This document shows positions 9,319 through 20,207 of a stretch of DNA of 43,909 bases, piece by piece (position 1 is the stretch's first letter; every line of letters begins with the position of its first letter). The notes below the pieces were generated by a model. It was not told the DNA's origin, did no database searches, and worked only from the letters and a program-made list of their open reading frames with translations. Source of the DNA: Bdellovibrionales bacterium. Lineage in GTDB: Bacteria > Bdellovibrionota > UBA1018 > CAIMNF01. Location: positions 1 to 43,909 of the forward strand of contig JBEIKL010000003.1 of assembly GCA_040379745.1 (NCBI GenBank), read 5' to 3'. A program made the translations under genes and the position numbers.

Positions 9319-10643
9319 TCTTCCATCTCCGCGGTAGACCACTTCAATTCACCGGCCACCATGGTTGCAATTGCACCGCCCTTGAACTTTCTTTCGAGGA
9401 ACGGACTGTTCTGACTTTTCGAAGCCAGATCGGCAACGGTGAGCTTCCAATCCCTTTCAAAGTCCAGAATAGTGAGATCCGCCACCGCACCTTCCACCAA
9501 GGAAACCCGGTGCGAAAACAATTTTCCAGGAGCAGTACTCAAGGATTCGATCATCCTTTCAGCACTCAGCTTGTTCTGCATCACCAAACCCATGAGAATC
9601 GGCACAGTAGTTTGCAAACCGAGGATTCCATTCGCGGCGAGTTCGAATTCGGTTTCCTTGTCGACACAACCGTGAGGGGCGTGATCGGATGCGACCATAT
9701 CGATGACTCCGTCATTCAATGCCTGAATCAGCGCTTCCTGATGATCGGGCGAACGGAGGGGTGGCGCCATTTTGTAATCGGCACGGGCATGGCGATGGGA
9801 ACAGCCATGGTTGCACTCCATCAATAAGCGATCGCTCATCACCAGATGATGAGGGGTGACTTCAGCAGTAACGTCAAGCCCCGCTTCCTTCGCACGACGA
9901 ACAAGATCGACCCCTTCACGCGTGGAAATGTGAGCGATGTGAACGCGCGCACCGGTGAGGCGGGCGAGTGCGATTTCGCGAGCGACCATGATTTCTTCCG
10001 ATGCGGCGGGATTTCCCCGGTACCCGAGGAGTGCGGAAACCGCGCCCTCGTTCATCGGCGCACCTTGAGACAGATTGAGGTCTTCGGCATGACTGATGAT
10101 GGGCACATCGAAAGTAGCGGCGTATTCCATCGCTTTGCGCATGAGAGCAGAATTCATCACCGGCATTCCATCATCACTGAGGGCACGCACACCGGCTTCG
10201 ATCATCATGCCGATCTCGGCGAGTTCTTCGCCCTTCAAGCCTTTCGTGACTGCACCAATTGGAAACACGCGTGCGTTGCCAGCCTCGCGTGCTTTTTCAA
10301 GAATGTAACGGGTGGTGATCGCGTTGTCGTTCACCGGCAAGGTGTTGGCCATACAAGCAACACTGGTGAAACCACCGCGGATTGCCGCGGTGGTCCCACT
10401 CTCAATCGTTTCCTTGTATTCAAGTCCCGGCTCGCGCAAATGAACATGTACATCGAAAAATCCGGGCGCAACGACCTTTCGATTCGCATTCAACACCCTG
10501 ATCGGCATGGTGAGAATCAAATGATCGAATGAACCAGGGCGATCGACGGCCTTGATTCTTCCGTTTTCGATCAGGATATCTTTGGGTTCGTTCAGCCGGA
10601 CAGACGGATCGATCAACAAACCGCCACGGATCAAGAACATCAT
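9315..10643 (-). CDS. pyrC: Dihydroorotase
   Basis: DVHVHLREPG, MANT.P, EVTPHHL, PPLR, SDHAPH; ATGA overlap with pyrB. Confidence 0.95.
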   Translation of the reverse strand: MMFLIRGGLLIDPSVRLNEPKDILIENGRIKAVDRPGSFDHLILTMPIRVLNANRKVVAPGFFDVHVHLREPGLEYKETIESGTTAAIRGGFTSVACMANTLPVNDNAITTRYILEKAREAGNARVFPIGAVTKGLKGEELAEIGMMIEAGVRALSDDGMPVMNSALMRKAMEYAATFDVPIISHAEDLNLSQGAPMNEGAVSALLGYRGNPAASEEIMVAREIALARLTGARVHIAHISTREGVDLVRRAKEAGLDVTAEVTPHHLVMSDRLLMECNHGCSHRHARADYKMAPPLRSPDHQEALIQALNDGVIDMVASDHAPHGCVDKETEFELAANGILGLQTTVPILMGLVMQNKLSAERMIESLSTAPGKLFSHRVSLVEGAVADLTILDFERDWKLTVADLASKSQNSPFLERKFKGGAIATMVAGELKWSTAEMEE

Positions 10644-11572
10644 GACAAGACCTCCACCAATGCGGCCATGCGGACCCACACTCCGTTTTCCACTTGTTTC
10701 AGGATCAGGGATTGCGGGGAATCGGCGGCTTCGGGATCGATTTCGACACCGCGATTGATCGGGCCGGGATGCAGAATCACCGCTTTCGGTTTCAACAGGG
10801 ACAATCGTTCACGGGTCAAGCCCCAGAAATGACGATACTCTGAAAAAGAAGGAAAAAACGCACCTTTTTGGCGTTCCAACTGCAGTCGTAACATCATCAC
10901 CGCGTCGGCATCTGCCAACACCTGCTTGCCCTCTTCATCATCCCAGCGGTTCAGGACTTTCAGTTTTGGAAAGAGACCGAGGTCGTTCGGCAATAGGGTT
11001 TTGGGCGCAACCAGAACCACATCGGCACCGAGCTTCGTGAGCGATTGAATGTTCGAACGGGCCACACGGGAATGAAGAATGTCACCGACGATCAGGATTT
11101 TCTTGCCTTTCATCGGTTGCGAATGTTCGGGAGACAAACCCCAGTACTCAAGGAGTGTGAATGCATCGAGAAGCGCCTGCGTGGGGTGTTCGTGCTGGCC
11201 ATCGCCTGCATTGATCGCCGGCAATCCGCAGGATCGGGATACCCAATCGATCGCCCCACCGGATGAATGCCTCATCACCACCGCATCAACACCGTATTGT
11301 CGGATGGTATCAAGCGTGTCGAAAAGAGTTTCTCCCTTGCTCATGCTCGAAGCACTGCCCGCAAATCCGATGTTGGTGCCTCCGAGTTTTCGAACCGCAG
11401 TCTCGAACGACATTCGGGTGCGGGTGGAGTTCTCGACGAAGAATTGCAACACGCTTTTACCCCTCAGGGTTTGCGAATAATTCTGCGGATTTTTTTTGAT
11501 TTCAAAGGAAAGGGTGAGGATTTTTCTGAGTTGAGCTTCGTTCAATTCACGGACCGTGATCAGGTTTTGCAT
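10640..11572 (-). CDS. pyrB: Aspartate carbamoyltransferase catalytic subunit
   Basis: ENSTRTRMSF, NAGDG.HEHPTQ, RLQLER, HPGP.NRG.EI. Confidence 0.97.
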   Translation of the reverse strand: MQNLITVRELNEAQLRKILTLSFEIKKNPQNYSQTLRGKSVLQFFVENSTRTRMSFETAVRKLGGTNIGFAGSASSMSKGETLFDTLDTIRQYGVDAVVMRHSSGGAIDWVSRSCGLPAINAGDGQHEHPTQALLDAFTLLEYWGLSPEHSQPMKGKKILIVGDILHSRVARSNIQSLTKLGADVVLVAPKTLLPNDLGLFPKLKVLNRWDDEEGKQVLADADAVMMLRLQLERQKGAFFPSFSEYRHFWGLTRERLSLLKPKAVILHPGPINRGVEIDPEAADSPQSLILKQVENGVWVRMAALVEVLS

Positions 11573-11615
11573 CTCAGAAACATAGGGTAGTCTGCCCGAT
11601 GAACCAGCGCAAGAA

Positions 11616-12383
11616 CTATCCCGTGGTCATGATCTCTTTCAATTGAACGAGTAGCAAAAGCGTAACCACCCCGGCCAAGACCGGCCTGACCAGCTTTTCG
11701 GCGCGTTGACTCGCGAATCGAGCCCCGAGAAAACCACCAACGATCATTCCGCTGGCCATGACCAACCCCTCTGAAGGATGCACGTATCCCTGCACCCCGT
11801 ACGATACCAGCGCTACGGCTGCTGAAATGGTATTGGCCAACTTGGAAAGAAGAAGGGCTTCGAATAAGGAGAGCTTTGCCGCCCAGAGCAGACCGAGCAG
11901 CATGAATGTGCCACCACCCGGTCCGAAAAATCCATCATAGAAACCCACGATGGCTCCGGTAGTGAACAAGGTACCCAGAGCCTTGCGGCCCATGTGCGAT
12001 CCGTGTTCTTGCGCTTCCTGAAGAAACACTTTTTTGTTCATCAGCATCCACAAAACGATCGGACAGACCGCAACCAGGAGATAACGGAACCAGATTTTCG
12101 GCACGAGTGGCGAACAGAGCGACCCCAGCGCCGAACCGATTCCGATGGCTGTGAGAAACACCACTCCCTTTTTCAGATTCAACGGATGCTTGCGAAGATA
12201 AACGAGGAACGCGATCAATGCTCCGGAAGTTCCCACGATCTTGTTCGTGCCGATCGCATGCGCACCGGGTTCGATGGCCCAGGAAAGAACAGGCAAAGTG
12301 ATCAGACCACCGCCTCCGGCAATGGAATCGATGGCACCTGCAATGAATCCGGCAACTGACAGCAGCATTTCCTTCATGATCAC
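11616..12383 (-). CDS. TauE/SafE (TSUP) family membrane transporter
   Basis: IDSIAGGGGLI, GTNK, GFYDGFFGPGGG. Confidence 0.88.
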   Translation of the reverse strand: MIMKEMLLSVAGFIAGAIDSIAGGGGLITLPVLSWAIEPGAHAIGTNKIVGTSGALIAFLVYLRKHPLNLKKGVVFLTAIGIGSALGSLCSPLVPKIWFRYLLVAVCPIVLWMLMNKKVFLQEAQEHGSHMGRKALGTLFTTGAIVGFYDGFFGPGGGTFMLLGLLWAAKLSLFEALLLSKLANTISAAVALVSYGVQGYVHPSEGLVMASGMIVGGFLGARFASQRAEKLVRPVLAGVVTLLLLVQLKEIMTTG

Positions 12384-13957
12384 TCCCTCAATTCACAACG
12401 ACTGGGAAAGTATTTTTCCAGGATATAAGGCGGATAGAACCCCTTCCATGCCGGAGAAAGGACCTCACGGACATACCGGCTGGCGCGGAAACCCCGGCCC
12501 ATGGCGATCCAGAACCGCACTCCGTTCACTTCCTTTTCCAGAATACGATGGTCCTCGAAAAACGGGTTCCACCGATACTCCTGAATGGGTGACTTTGAAA
12601 TCATGGCCAGGTTTTTACCTTCAAAATCGAGAAAATCGACGGTCCAGTCAAAGACTCTTCCGAAACGGGAACCACTGCCCCAGACGGTGACCGGCGGAAT
12701 GATCAATCCGGCACCGATTTGATTTTTCCTGAAGAACCGATGCAATTCCTGATCCAGTACGCTGGCCTGACTGTAACCGTCCGTCACCACGAGATCCGTC
12801 TCACCCCAGGAGGAGGTGTTCAGCTCGGATGCGATTTTCTCGGAATACTCGGATCCGTTGAAGGCGATCTGATAATCGAGTCCGAAGCGATCCTTGGTCC
12901 ACTTCTGGATTGTCGAATCCGGAAAGAAAAGTGTAATGGCGACGATCATGGCGAGCGCATAAGTCCAATACAACATCTTTCGCAGCTTCTGCTGCAATTC
13001 CTCGACCGGATAGCGAAGACCGATCCACATCATGAAAAACGGAAGATACGGGAAGTACCAGTGCAATCCCTGTCCCCTGCCCATCAGTGCCGTGATGGCG
13101 AATATAGAAATCGGAATCAACCACATTCCGAGAACAAAGGATTCAAGCGACGAACGGGAGATGAACCACTTGCGGACGGGATTGCGGAAAAGATCGAACC
13201 AGAATACCGGAGTCACGATCAGCGAGAGATAAAGAACGAACAATCCGAACGTTTTCCAGACGGGTCCTTCATCCACTTGCTGACGAGATACCAAGTTGAA
13301 GACAAAGTTCGCCCAACAGTGATTGGCGTTCCAATGAAGATGTTGAATCAGGAATGGAAGGACACCGAGAATGAACCAAACCATTCCGAGATATGATCGC
13401 TGGCCTTTTTTACGGGTGAAATTCCAGATCAGATAGAATGGCAGGGTGAACACGGCAAAATACTTGGAGAGAAATGCGGCTCCCCACAGGACACCGGAGA
13501 AAAGGAATTCCTTCCATGGTTTCTCGACCTGATAGGCACGGTGAAACAGGAGCGCCGACAGGAACGTGAACAACATCAACAACACATCATGGGAAACCAG
13601 AACCGCCAGAAAGGGAAGAGGTGAAAACGCGTAAAGCAGGGCAACCGTCAACGACTTCGCCCGCGAAGTGCTCACTGCAAGCCATTCCCGCATCGCGAAA
13701 GCAACGGCCACGAGCGAAAGGAGGTTCGGTATTCTGAGCCAGAACGGATGGCTGGAGAAAAACGTGAAAAAGCGTTCCCACCATCCGATCATGGGCGGCA
13801 GATCGTAGTAACCACCGGCAAAATGACGGCCCCAATAAAAATAGTAGGCCTCGTCACCGAAAACAGGAAACTCGGATTGAAAGTAAAAACGGAGAAGGAT
13901 CAGGAAAACCAGCGGAAGAACCAATGCCTGATGAAGGGTTCTGGGCGCTGAGGTCAT
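12380..13957 (-). CDS. ArnT/PMT-like GT-C membrane glycosyltransferase
   Basis: DEAYYF.W, YYDLPP, LSKY, many TM helices. Confidence 0.8.
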   Translation of the reverse strand: MTSAPRTLHQALVLPLVFLILLRFYFQSEFPVFGDEAYYFYWGRHFAGGYYDLPPMIGWWERFFTFFSSHPFWLRIPNLLSLVAVAFAMREWLAVSTSRAKSLTVALLYAFSPLPFLAVLVSHDVLLMLFTFLSALLFHRAYQVEKPWKEFLFSGVLWGAAFLSKYFAVFTLPFYLIWNFTRKKGQRSYLGMVWFILGVLPFLIQHLHWNANHCWANFVFNLVSRQQVDEGPVWKTFGLFVLYLSLIVTPVFWFDLFRNPVRKWFISRSSLESFVLGMWLIPISIFAITALMGRGQGLHWYFPYLPFFMMWIGLRYPVEELQQKLRKMLYWTYALAMIVAITLFFPDSTIQKWTKDRFGLDYQIAFNGSEYSEKIASELNTSSWGETDLVVTDGYSQASVLDQELHRFFRKNQIGAGLIIPPVTVWGSGSRFGRVFDWTVDFLDFEGKNLAMISKSPIQEYRWNPFFEDHRILEKEVNGVRFWIAMGRGFRASRYVREVLSPAWKGFYPPYILEKYFPSRCELRE

Positions 13958-13961
13958 TCCC

Positions 13962-15758
13962 TTAATCCACCTTGAGAACAGCGAGGAAGGCTTCTTGAGG
14001 AATTTCGACGCTTCCGACTTGCTTCATGCGCTTCTTACCCTCTTTTTGTTTTTCGAGGAGTTTGCGCTTACGGGAAATGTCACCGCCGTAACACTTTGAA
14101 GTCACGTCTTTGCGATAAGCAGAGATGGTTTCACGGGCGATGATTTTTGATCCGATGGCCGCCTGGATATTGATCTGGAACATCTGGCGCTCGATCAGTT
14201 CTTTCAGTTTCTTCACCAATTCACGGCCTTTGTAATAAGACTTCTCTTTGTGAATGATCAACGAGAGCGCATCCAAGGGTTCATCATTGATGAGGACATC
14301 CATCTTCACCAGTTCGGATGGACGATAATCGAGAAGGGCGTAATCCATGGACGCATAACCACGGGTCGAACTCTTCAACTTGTCATAGAAATCAAAAACC
14401 ATTTCAGCAAGTGGAAGCTGATAGGTCAGGGTCACACGCTCTGAAGTGGTGTAATCCAACTTTTCCTGAATCCCACGGCGCTCGTTACAAAGAGCCATCA
14501 CGACACCGACGAATTCGGTAGGCATGTGCAAACTCAGTCGGACGTACGGCTCTTCGATGGTTTCGATCTTGATCGGGTCCGGAAGCTTTGCCGGGTTTTC
14601 AATCATGGAAACTTCGCCATCCACAGTGGTCACTTTATAAACCACGGACGGTGCTGTCGTAATGATGTTAAGCCCGTATTCACGCTCCAAGCGTTCTTGA
14701 ACCACGTCCATATGAAGGAGGCCCAAGAATCCGCATCGGAATCCGAAACCGAGCGCGGTAGATGTTTCCGGCTCGAACTGAATCGCAGAGTCGTTCAATT
14801 GCAACTTCTCGAGTGATTCCTTGAGATCGTGATAATCGTCGGTTTCAACGGGATAGACACCGCAAAACACCATCGGTTTTGCTTCGCTGAATCCGGAGAG
14901 TGGTTCGGTCGCAAGATTAGCCGCATCCATGATGGTGTCGCCCACCTTCATGTCGCGTACGTCTTTGATTCCGCAAATGATGGCGCCCACTTCCCCGCTG
15001 TTAATCACATTGGTATCGGTATACTTCGGTGTGAAGACGCCGACTTTTTGAACTTCGTATTCCTTGTTCACGTGGTGAAGCTTGATCTTCATTCCCGGCT
15101 TCAACTGACCGTCGAAAACACGGCAAAGGGCAATCACCCCTTGATACTGATCAAACCAGCTATCAAAAATCAACGCACGCAATGGGGAATTATCATCATC
15201 CTTAGGACCCGGTATGAAATTCACGATTCCTTCGAGAATGTCTTCGATTCCAATTCCGGCTTTGGCACTACAGGGAATGGCGCGGGAGCTATCGATCAAA
15301 CCGATGGTGTCGTCGATTTCCTTTTTCGCCTTTTCAACATCGGCAGATGGAAGATCGATCTTGTTGATCACCGGGAACACTTCCAGATTGTTTTCGAGAG
15401 CCAGAAATACGTTTGCCAGTGTCTGCGCTTCCACCCCTTGAGTGGCATCCACCACCAGAATCGCGCCTTCACACGCAGCCAAGGAACGGGAAACTTCATA
15501 CGTGAAATCCACGTGGCCCGGAGTATCGATCAAATTGAGAATATAGTCCTGACCATCTTTTGCTTTGTACTTCAAGCGCACACTCTGCGCCTTGATGGTA
15601 ATCCCGCGCTCCCGCTCGATATCCATATTGTCGAGGTACTGGGCTTCCATGTTTCGTTGTGCCACTGTACCGGTTTTTTCGAGAAGGCGGTCGGCCAGGG
15701 TGGATTTACCGTGATCGATATGCGCGATAATGCAAAAGTTGCGAATATTCTTAGACAT
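13962..15758 (-). CDS. lepA: Elongation factor 4
   Basis: [45 protein letters not shown]. Confidence 0.98.
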   Translation of the reverse strand: MSKNIRNFCIIAHIDHGKSTLADRLLEKTGTVAQRNMEAQYLDNMDIERERGITIKAQSVRLKYKAKDGQDYILNLIDTPGHVDFTYEVSRSLAACEGAILVVDATQGVEAQTLANVFLALENNLEVFPVINKIDLPSADVEKAKKEIDDTIGLIDSSRAIPCSAKAGIGIEDILEGIVNFIPGPKDDDNSPLRALIFDSWFDQYQGVIALCRVFDGQLKPGMKIKLHHVNKEYEVQKVGVFTPKYTDTNVINSGEVGAIICGIKDVRDMKVGDTIMDAANLATEPLSGFSEAKPMVFCGVYPVETDDYHDLKESLEKLQLNDSAIQFEPETSTALGFGFRCGFLGLLHMDVVQERLEREYGLNIITTAPSVVYKVTTVDGEVSMIENPAKLPDPIKIETIEEPYVRLSLHMPTEFVGVVMALCNERRGIQEKLDYTTSERVTLTYQLPLAEMVFDFYDKLKSSTRGYASMDYALLDYRPSELVKMDVLINDEPLDALSLIIHKEKSYYKGRELVKKLKELIERQMFQINIQAAIGSKIIARETISAYRKDVTSKCYGGDISRKRKLLEKQKEGKKRMKQVGSVEIPQEAFLAVLKVD

Positions 15759-15898
15759 AATTGATCCTTGCAATCTATCACGTCCCCGCTCCTTTCCCAA
15801 GAAAAGAGAGGGTCACCGCCAAGAAAACACCGCAAAAAAACAATGGATTACCGAATGGTCCGCGCATTACAATGGAAGAAGGCAGGAGGCCGAAAATC

Positions 15899-16270
15899 AT
15901 GAATAAAGTATGGGGAATCATTGGAATCAGTTTACTTATGACCGGGTGCGCATCTTTTTACGGAATCGAAAAAGAGCAAAACCTCTCCAAAGTGACGGCT
16001 GGCATGAAGCAGTCCAAGGTGCTCTTTTACCTGGGCACGCCCGACTCCGTCGCCCAAACTTCCCCGAGCGAAGACCAGTGGTTTTATCGTTTCAAAACCT
16101 CAGAAAAAAAAGGCCAATCAATGGTTTTCCGTTTTGAAAACGGTGCCTTGGTTGACTTTGGATCCCAAGACGGACGCGAGCCGGCATCCGCTGTGGAAAA
16201 TCGCGTTTCAGGAAATTGTACCAAACGCGTGCTTCCGGATGTACAATTGCAACCGCTTTGTCTTCGTTAA
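15899..16270 (+). CDS. BamE/SmpA-like outer membrane lipoprotein
   Basis: AGGAGG RBS, lipobox MTGC, GM....V...LGTP, W.Y. Confidence 0.7.
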   Translation: MNKVWGIIGISLLMTGCASFYGIEKEQNLSKVTAGMKQSKVLFYLGTPDSVAQTSPSEDQWFYRFKTSEKKGQSMVFRFENGALVDFGSQDGREPASAVENRVSGNCTKRVLPDVQLQPLCLR

Positions 16271-17379
16271 TTGTCACCATTCATGATGTCGCCCGTGGAG
16301 GATCCGGTGTTGCCCGAATCGATTCGGGTGAAATCGTATTCGTTCCGTTCACTGCGCCAGGCGATGTCGTCTCCGTCCGGATCATCGAAAAGAAGAAAAA
16401 CTACTCCCAAGGCGAACTGATCGAAGTCCTCGAACCCTCACCGCAAAGAGTAAAACCTCTCTGTCCGGTTTTTGGAAAATGCGGAGGCTGCTCTTGGCAG
16501 CACCTACCGTATGAAACCCAATTCGAGATCAAAAAAAGCGGGGTTCTTCATGCCCTCAAAAGAGCGGGAGTGGATGCGACCTCGATTCCGGTAGACGAAC
16601 TTCCCGCCGCCTCTCCTTTTTTCTATCGGAACCGGATCCAACTCCGTGGCAATCCCCAAGACGGTAGCCTTGGTTTTCATGAACGCGACTCCTCACGCCT
16701 GATTCCGATCACGGACTGCAAAATCGCGCGCAAAGAAATCAACGATGCTCTCCCCGCCATCCGTGAAGAGGGTTTGCAATTGGACCGAGAATTCAAAGTG
16801 GAAGTCGAAGTCACGGAAAAGGGAGAAGTCCGCTCGGCCTGGAATCGCAAGCATGCCGCCTTCGGTTTTCGTCAGGTCAACGACGAGCAGAATCTTGCCC
16901 TGCAAAATTGGGTACAGGAACACATCGATTCGGGAGACACCCTTCTGGACCTTTACGGGGGTTCGGGAAATCTCAGCCGGAACCTGGTAGACCGCTTCCG
17001 GAAAATCGAGTGCGTGGATGTCGGAACGCCGAAACAAAAACCCAGCGAACTTCCGGATCATTTCCAGTTTCACCGATCCGGCGTGGCAGAATGGATGGAA
17101 CGAACTTCTGGCGATCCGGAGCGGATCACCCAAGTGGTTCTGGACCCACCGCGCGAAGGACTCGGTGCCGATTTCGCTCGAATCGAATCTAATTTGAGGA
17201 AAAAGTTCAACCCCGAAACGCTGATCCTGGTCGGATGTGATCCGGACGCATTCGCCCGCGACGCATACCGTTTTACACAACGGGGCTTTAGCTTGGTAAA
17301 ACTGGGCGTTCTCGATCTTTTTCCACAGACTCCTCACGTGGAATCGCTTGCAGTTTTAAAACGTTCAACGCTAAGATAA
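16258..17379 (+). CDS. TRAM-domain RNA (uracil-C5)-methyltransferase, RlmD/TrmA family
   Basis: CPVFGKCGGC, YRNR, DLYGGSG, LDPPR.G, GCDP, DLFPQTPHVE; TTG start tentative. Confidence 0.88.
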   Translation: MSSLIVTIHDVARGGSGVARIDSGEIVFVPFTAPGDVVSVRIIEKKKNYSQGELIEVLEPSPQRVKPLCPVFGKCGGCSWQHLPYETQFEIKKSGVLHALKRAGVDATSIPVDELPAASPFFYRNRIQLRGNPQDGSLGFHERDSSRLIPITDCKIARKEINDALPAIREEGLQLDREFKVEVEVTEKGEVRSAWNRKHAAFGFRQVNDEQNLALQNWVQEHIDSGDTLLDLYGGSGNLSRNLVDRFRKIECVDVGTPKQKPSELPDHFQFHRSGVAEWMERTSGDPERITQVVLDPPREGLGADFARIESNLRKKFNPETLILVGCDPDAFARDAYRFTQRGFSLVKLGVLDLFPQTPHVESLAVLKRSTLR

Positions 17380-17385
17380 AGGGCA

Positions 17386-18147
17386 ATGAAAACCTTCTCT
17401 TACTGGATCGCCTGTTCTGTTTTTCTACTGGCCTCTTGCTCCACTTCCACCAAGAAATCCATGACCAATGATGAGCTCGCCCGACTTTATCTGGATTCGG
17501 CGAACACGGCGCTGATCGAAGGTGATCCGACGGCAGCCCTCACCCATCTTCAACAAGCGGTGAAACTGAATCCGAAGATGCACGAGATTCACTATCTTTA
17601 CAGTCTCAGCTACTACCGCAAGGGCGAATTGGATCGCGCGATCCAATCCGCAAAAAAGACGATCGAACTTGCACCCGATTTCACGCCGGTGAAAAACACC
17701 CTCGGCCGTCTCTATCTGGAAAAAGGAAACCTTGAACTCGCAGAGAAACCCTTGCTGGAAGCGGCTGCCGACCTGACTAATCGGGAGGCTTATCTCGCGA
17801 AGACCAACCTCGGTTTGCTCCACTCCAAAAAGAAGAACTCGCACGAATCGGAACGGTGGTATTCAAAGGCGATCCTTGACGGTGGAAACGCGGCCTGCAT
17901 GGCATCCTACTACCGCGGTGAGATCCATCTTTCCCGAAACGACCTGGAAAAGGCGCATGATGACTTCAAGCGCGCTTCGAAATACAACTGCTCCGGCTTC
18001 ACCGATGCCCATCTCGCCGTCGGAAAGACCCTGATGATGATGAAAAAGAACCAGCAAGCCCGCGCGAAATTCATCGAAGTCCAGCAATTGTTTCCATCCA
18101 CCAATGCAGCTGAAAAAGCGAATCAGTACCTGAAGGAAATCCAGTGA
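17386..18147 (+). CDS. TPR lipoprotein (PilF/PilW-like)
   Basis: Lipobox LASC, TPR-type helical repeats (N.LG motifs), upstream of rodZ-like gene. Confidence 0.75.
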   Translation: MKTFSYWIACSVFLLASCSTSTKKSMTNDELARLYLDSANTALIEGDPTAALTHLQQAVKLNPKMHEIHYLYSLSYYRKGELDRAIQSAKKTIELAPDFTPVKNTLGRLYLEKGNLELAEKPLLEAAADLTNREAYLAKTNLGLLHSKKKNSHESERWYSKAILDGGNAACMASYYRGEIHLSRNDLEKAHDDFKRASKYNCSGFTDAHLAVGKTLMMMKKNQQARAKFIEVQQLFPSTNAAEKANQYLKEIQ

Positions 18148-19118
18148 CACTCGGCCAACTCCTGAAAGACAGAAGAAACGAACTCGGAAAGAGCATCGAA
18201 CAGATTTCCACCGCCACCCGCATTCATGTCAGGGTGCTGAAAGCCTTGGAAGAAGATCAGTACGCACAACTTCCGGCAAGAACGTTCACCCGCGGCTTCA
18301 TCATCACCTATTGCAAGGCACTTCAACTGGATGCCGATGACATCATGAAGAGCTATCACGATTTCCTCGAGTCCAAGTTCTCGGAAAGACCCGAAAAGGA
18401 CCAAGGGCATCATGGGTATGCCTTTGAAACCTCAGAGAACGAACAAAAGAACAAGGGTCTGATCATCGTGGCATCGATCGCTGCATTCTTTGCGATCCTG
18501 ACTCTCTTGTTCTTCAAACCGCAAAACCACAAGCATCGCGAAAAACACAAGGAACTCATCGCTGAGGAAGTGGAAATGGCTGCCGCGGAGGCACAACTGA
18601 AAGCAGCGTCGGACGCAGCTCTGCAGGGAACGGCAAGCCCGACAGCCAACAGCACCGCCACTCCCGCAGTGGCAGCCGGTACTGCCACTCCCGCACAGGC
18701 AATCATAGCCACTGCTGTGCCGGTCTCTTCGCCAGTCACGACGATTTTGTCCACGCCTGCACCGGAAACAATCGCGCTAGCTTCTCCCACGCCCTCTCCT
18801 GCAGATGCAATGAACAAGGGCGACCTGATTCCTGTCGAGGCAGTAGGCGTGAAAGTGAATTTTCAGGCACTGGAAGACGTGATCATCCGCTATCGGTCAG
18901 ATGACCGCCCCCTGTCCGGACTCAACCTGCGAAAAGACAAACAACTGGTCATCAAAGCCACGGGTGAAATCCTGTTTGAAACGAGCAATCCGGAAAAACT
19001 GAAAGTGAAAATCAGTTACAAGAATAAGCCTGGAACAAGCTATGAACCCCTCAAAGAAGGCCGGCTTAAACTCAAATCCGATGGTACCCGCACTTCGCTT
19101 TCAGCGGGGACGAATTGA
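18144..19118 (+). CDS. RodZ-like HTH membrane protein
   Basis: N-terminal HTH (TLGQLLK..R, LP..FTRGF...YC..L), one TM, Ala/Thr/Pro linker, C-terminal domain. Confidence 0.8.
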   Translation: MTLGQLLKDRRNELGKSIEQISTATRIHVRVLKALEEDQYAQLPARTFTRGFIITYCKALQLDADDIMKSYHDFLESKFSERPEKDQGHHGYAFETSENEQKNKGLIIVASIAAFFAILTLLFFKPQNHKHREKHKELIAEEVEMAAAEAQLKAASDAALQGTASPTANSTATPAVAAGTATPAQAIIATAVPVSSPVTTILSTPAPETIALASPTPSPADAMNKGDLIPVEAVGVKVNFQALEDVIIRYRSDDRPLSGLNLRKDKQLVIKATGEILFETSNPEKLKVKISYKNKPGTSYEPLKEGRLKLKSDGTRTSLSAGTN

Positions 19119-19405
19119 CGCTTTTACGCGTTTCTTAGATTAATTTTCTAAGGACTTCTCTACCCCAAAACATGTCTTAGATATTCTTATGGGAAAAGAG
19201 TTTTTAAAGAAAAGTTATCCACCAAATAATTGAAGTTATCCACCAGACTTAAGCCAATGTTTTCAATAGATATTTTTGCTTATATTTTCCATTTTTGGGT
19301 GTTGTTTTATTTTTTATCCACAAACAAACGAATTTCTCGATATTTTATGGGTTTTTTTTAACAGATCCAGAAAACCGTCTGAATTTTGTCGCAATTTTTT
19401 GGGAA
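19119..19405. promoter_or_regulatory. AT-rich intergenic region with DnaA-box cluster
   Basis: TTATCCACC at 19215 and 19236, TTATCCACA at 19314; lies between convergent genes. Confidence 0.6.
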
Positions 19406-20203
19406 TTATCGACGTTTTTTAAACAAGTACCCTTCGTAAGGATAAGAAAACCGGCAAGCATCTTCTCCCATCCACTTCATCAATGCATGCTTCAACTCCA
19501 AGCGCTTGGTTGCACGAACCTCACTCGGGAGCGATTGCTCAAAATGCTGATAGCGTGACTGCGATGCCACCACTCCGACCAACTCTTCCACATCGTGGGG
19601 CCGCTCGTCCGTCATGGATAGGGATGCAACCTGGGAATAGCATGGATGACTGCGCCAGCACTCGGTCAACTTCGTCAATGTTCCTCGTGGCACCTGGGTG
19701 GCCGGCTTCCATAAAGAATTGAACTGACTGCGAATCCACTCGTTCAATGCCGGATGATCGATCGATCGAGGAAACTGATATTCGAAAATATGAACCCCTC
19801 CTCCGGGAACCAGAAGCCGATCGACCTCTTTCACCGATTCCGGCTGTCTCATCCAGTGCCATGCCGAACCGACCATGACGAGATCAAACGAAGCGTCCGG
19901 ATAGGGAATCCACTCGGAAGGTGCGACCATTACGGCTTTCACCCGCTTCTCGTCTGCAAATTCCTTGCGGGCCACTTCGAGCATTTGCGAATCGACATCA
20001 ACCAGATGGAGCTCAAGTGGTATAGGAAATGCATTCAGAAAGGATCTCGACACCAGACCAGTACCACAGCCAAGGTCCAACACACGAAGCGGCCGCTGGA
20101 TTTCGAGCGCAGTGAAAAAGGGTCGCGTTGCTTCGAATATCCTCAAGGGGTATCCGTAACGATAGAGAACGTATTCGGGTGATGAAAAAAGGGAGGGATT
20201 CAC
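19406..20203 (-). CDS. Class I SAM-dependent methyltransferase
   Basis: VLDLGCGTG, SFDLV, AWHW, L.PGG; GTG start tentative. Confidence 0.85.
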   Translation of the reverse strand: MNPSLFSSPEYVLYRYGYPLRIFEATRPFFTALEIQRPLRVLDLGCGTGLVSRSFLNAFPIPLELHLVDVDSQMLEVARKEFADEKRVKAVMVAPSEWIPYPDASFDLVMVGSAWHWMRQPESVKEVDRLLVPGGGVHIFEYQFPRSIDHPALNEWIRSQFNSLWKPATQVPRGTLTKLTECWRSHPCYSQVASLSMTDERPHDVEELVGVVASQSRYQHFEQSLPSEVRATKRLELKHALMKWMGEDACRFSYPYEGYLFKKRR

Positions 20204-20207
20204 AGAC

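Noticed and set aside
19295-19558. 87-aa ORF crossing the DnaA-box region
   Set aside because: Low-complexity Phe-rich translation of T-tracts, overlaps the methyltransferase antisense
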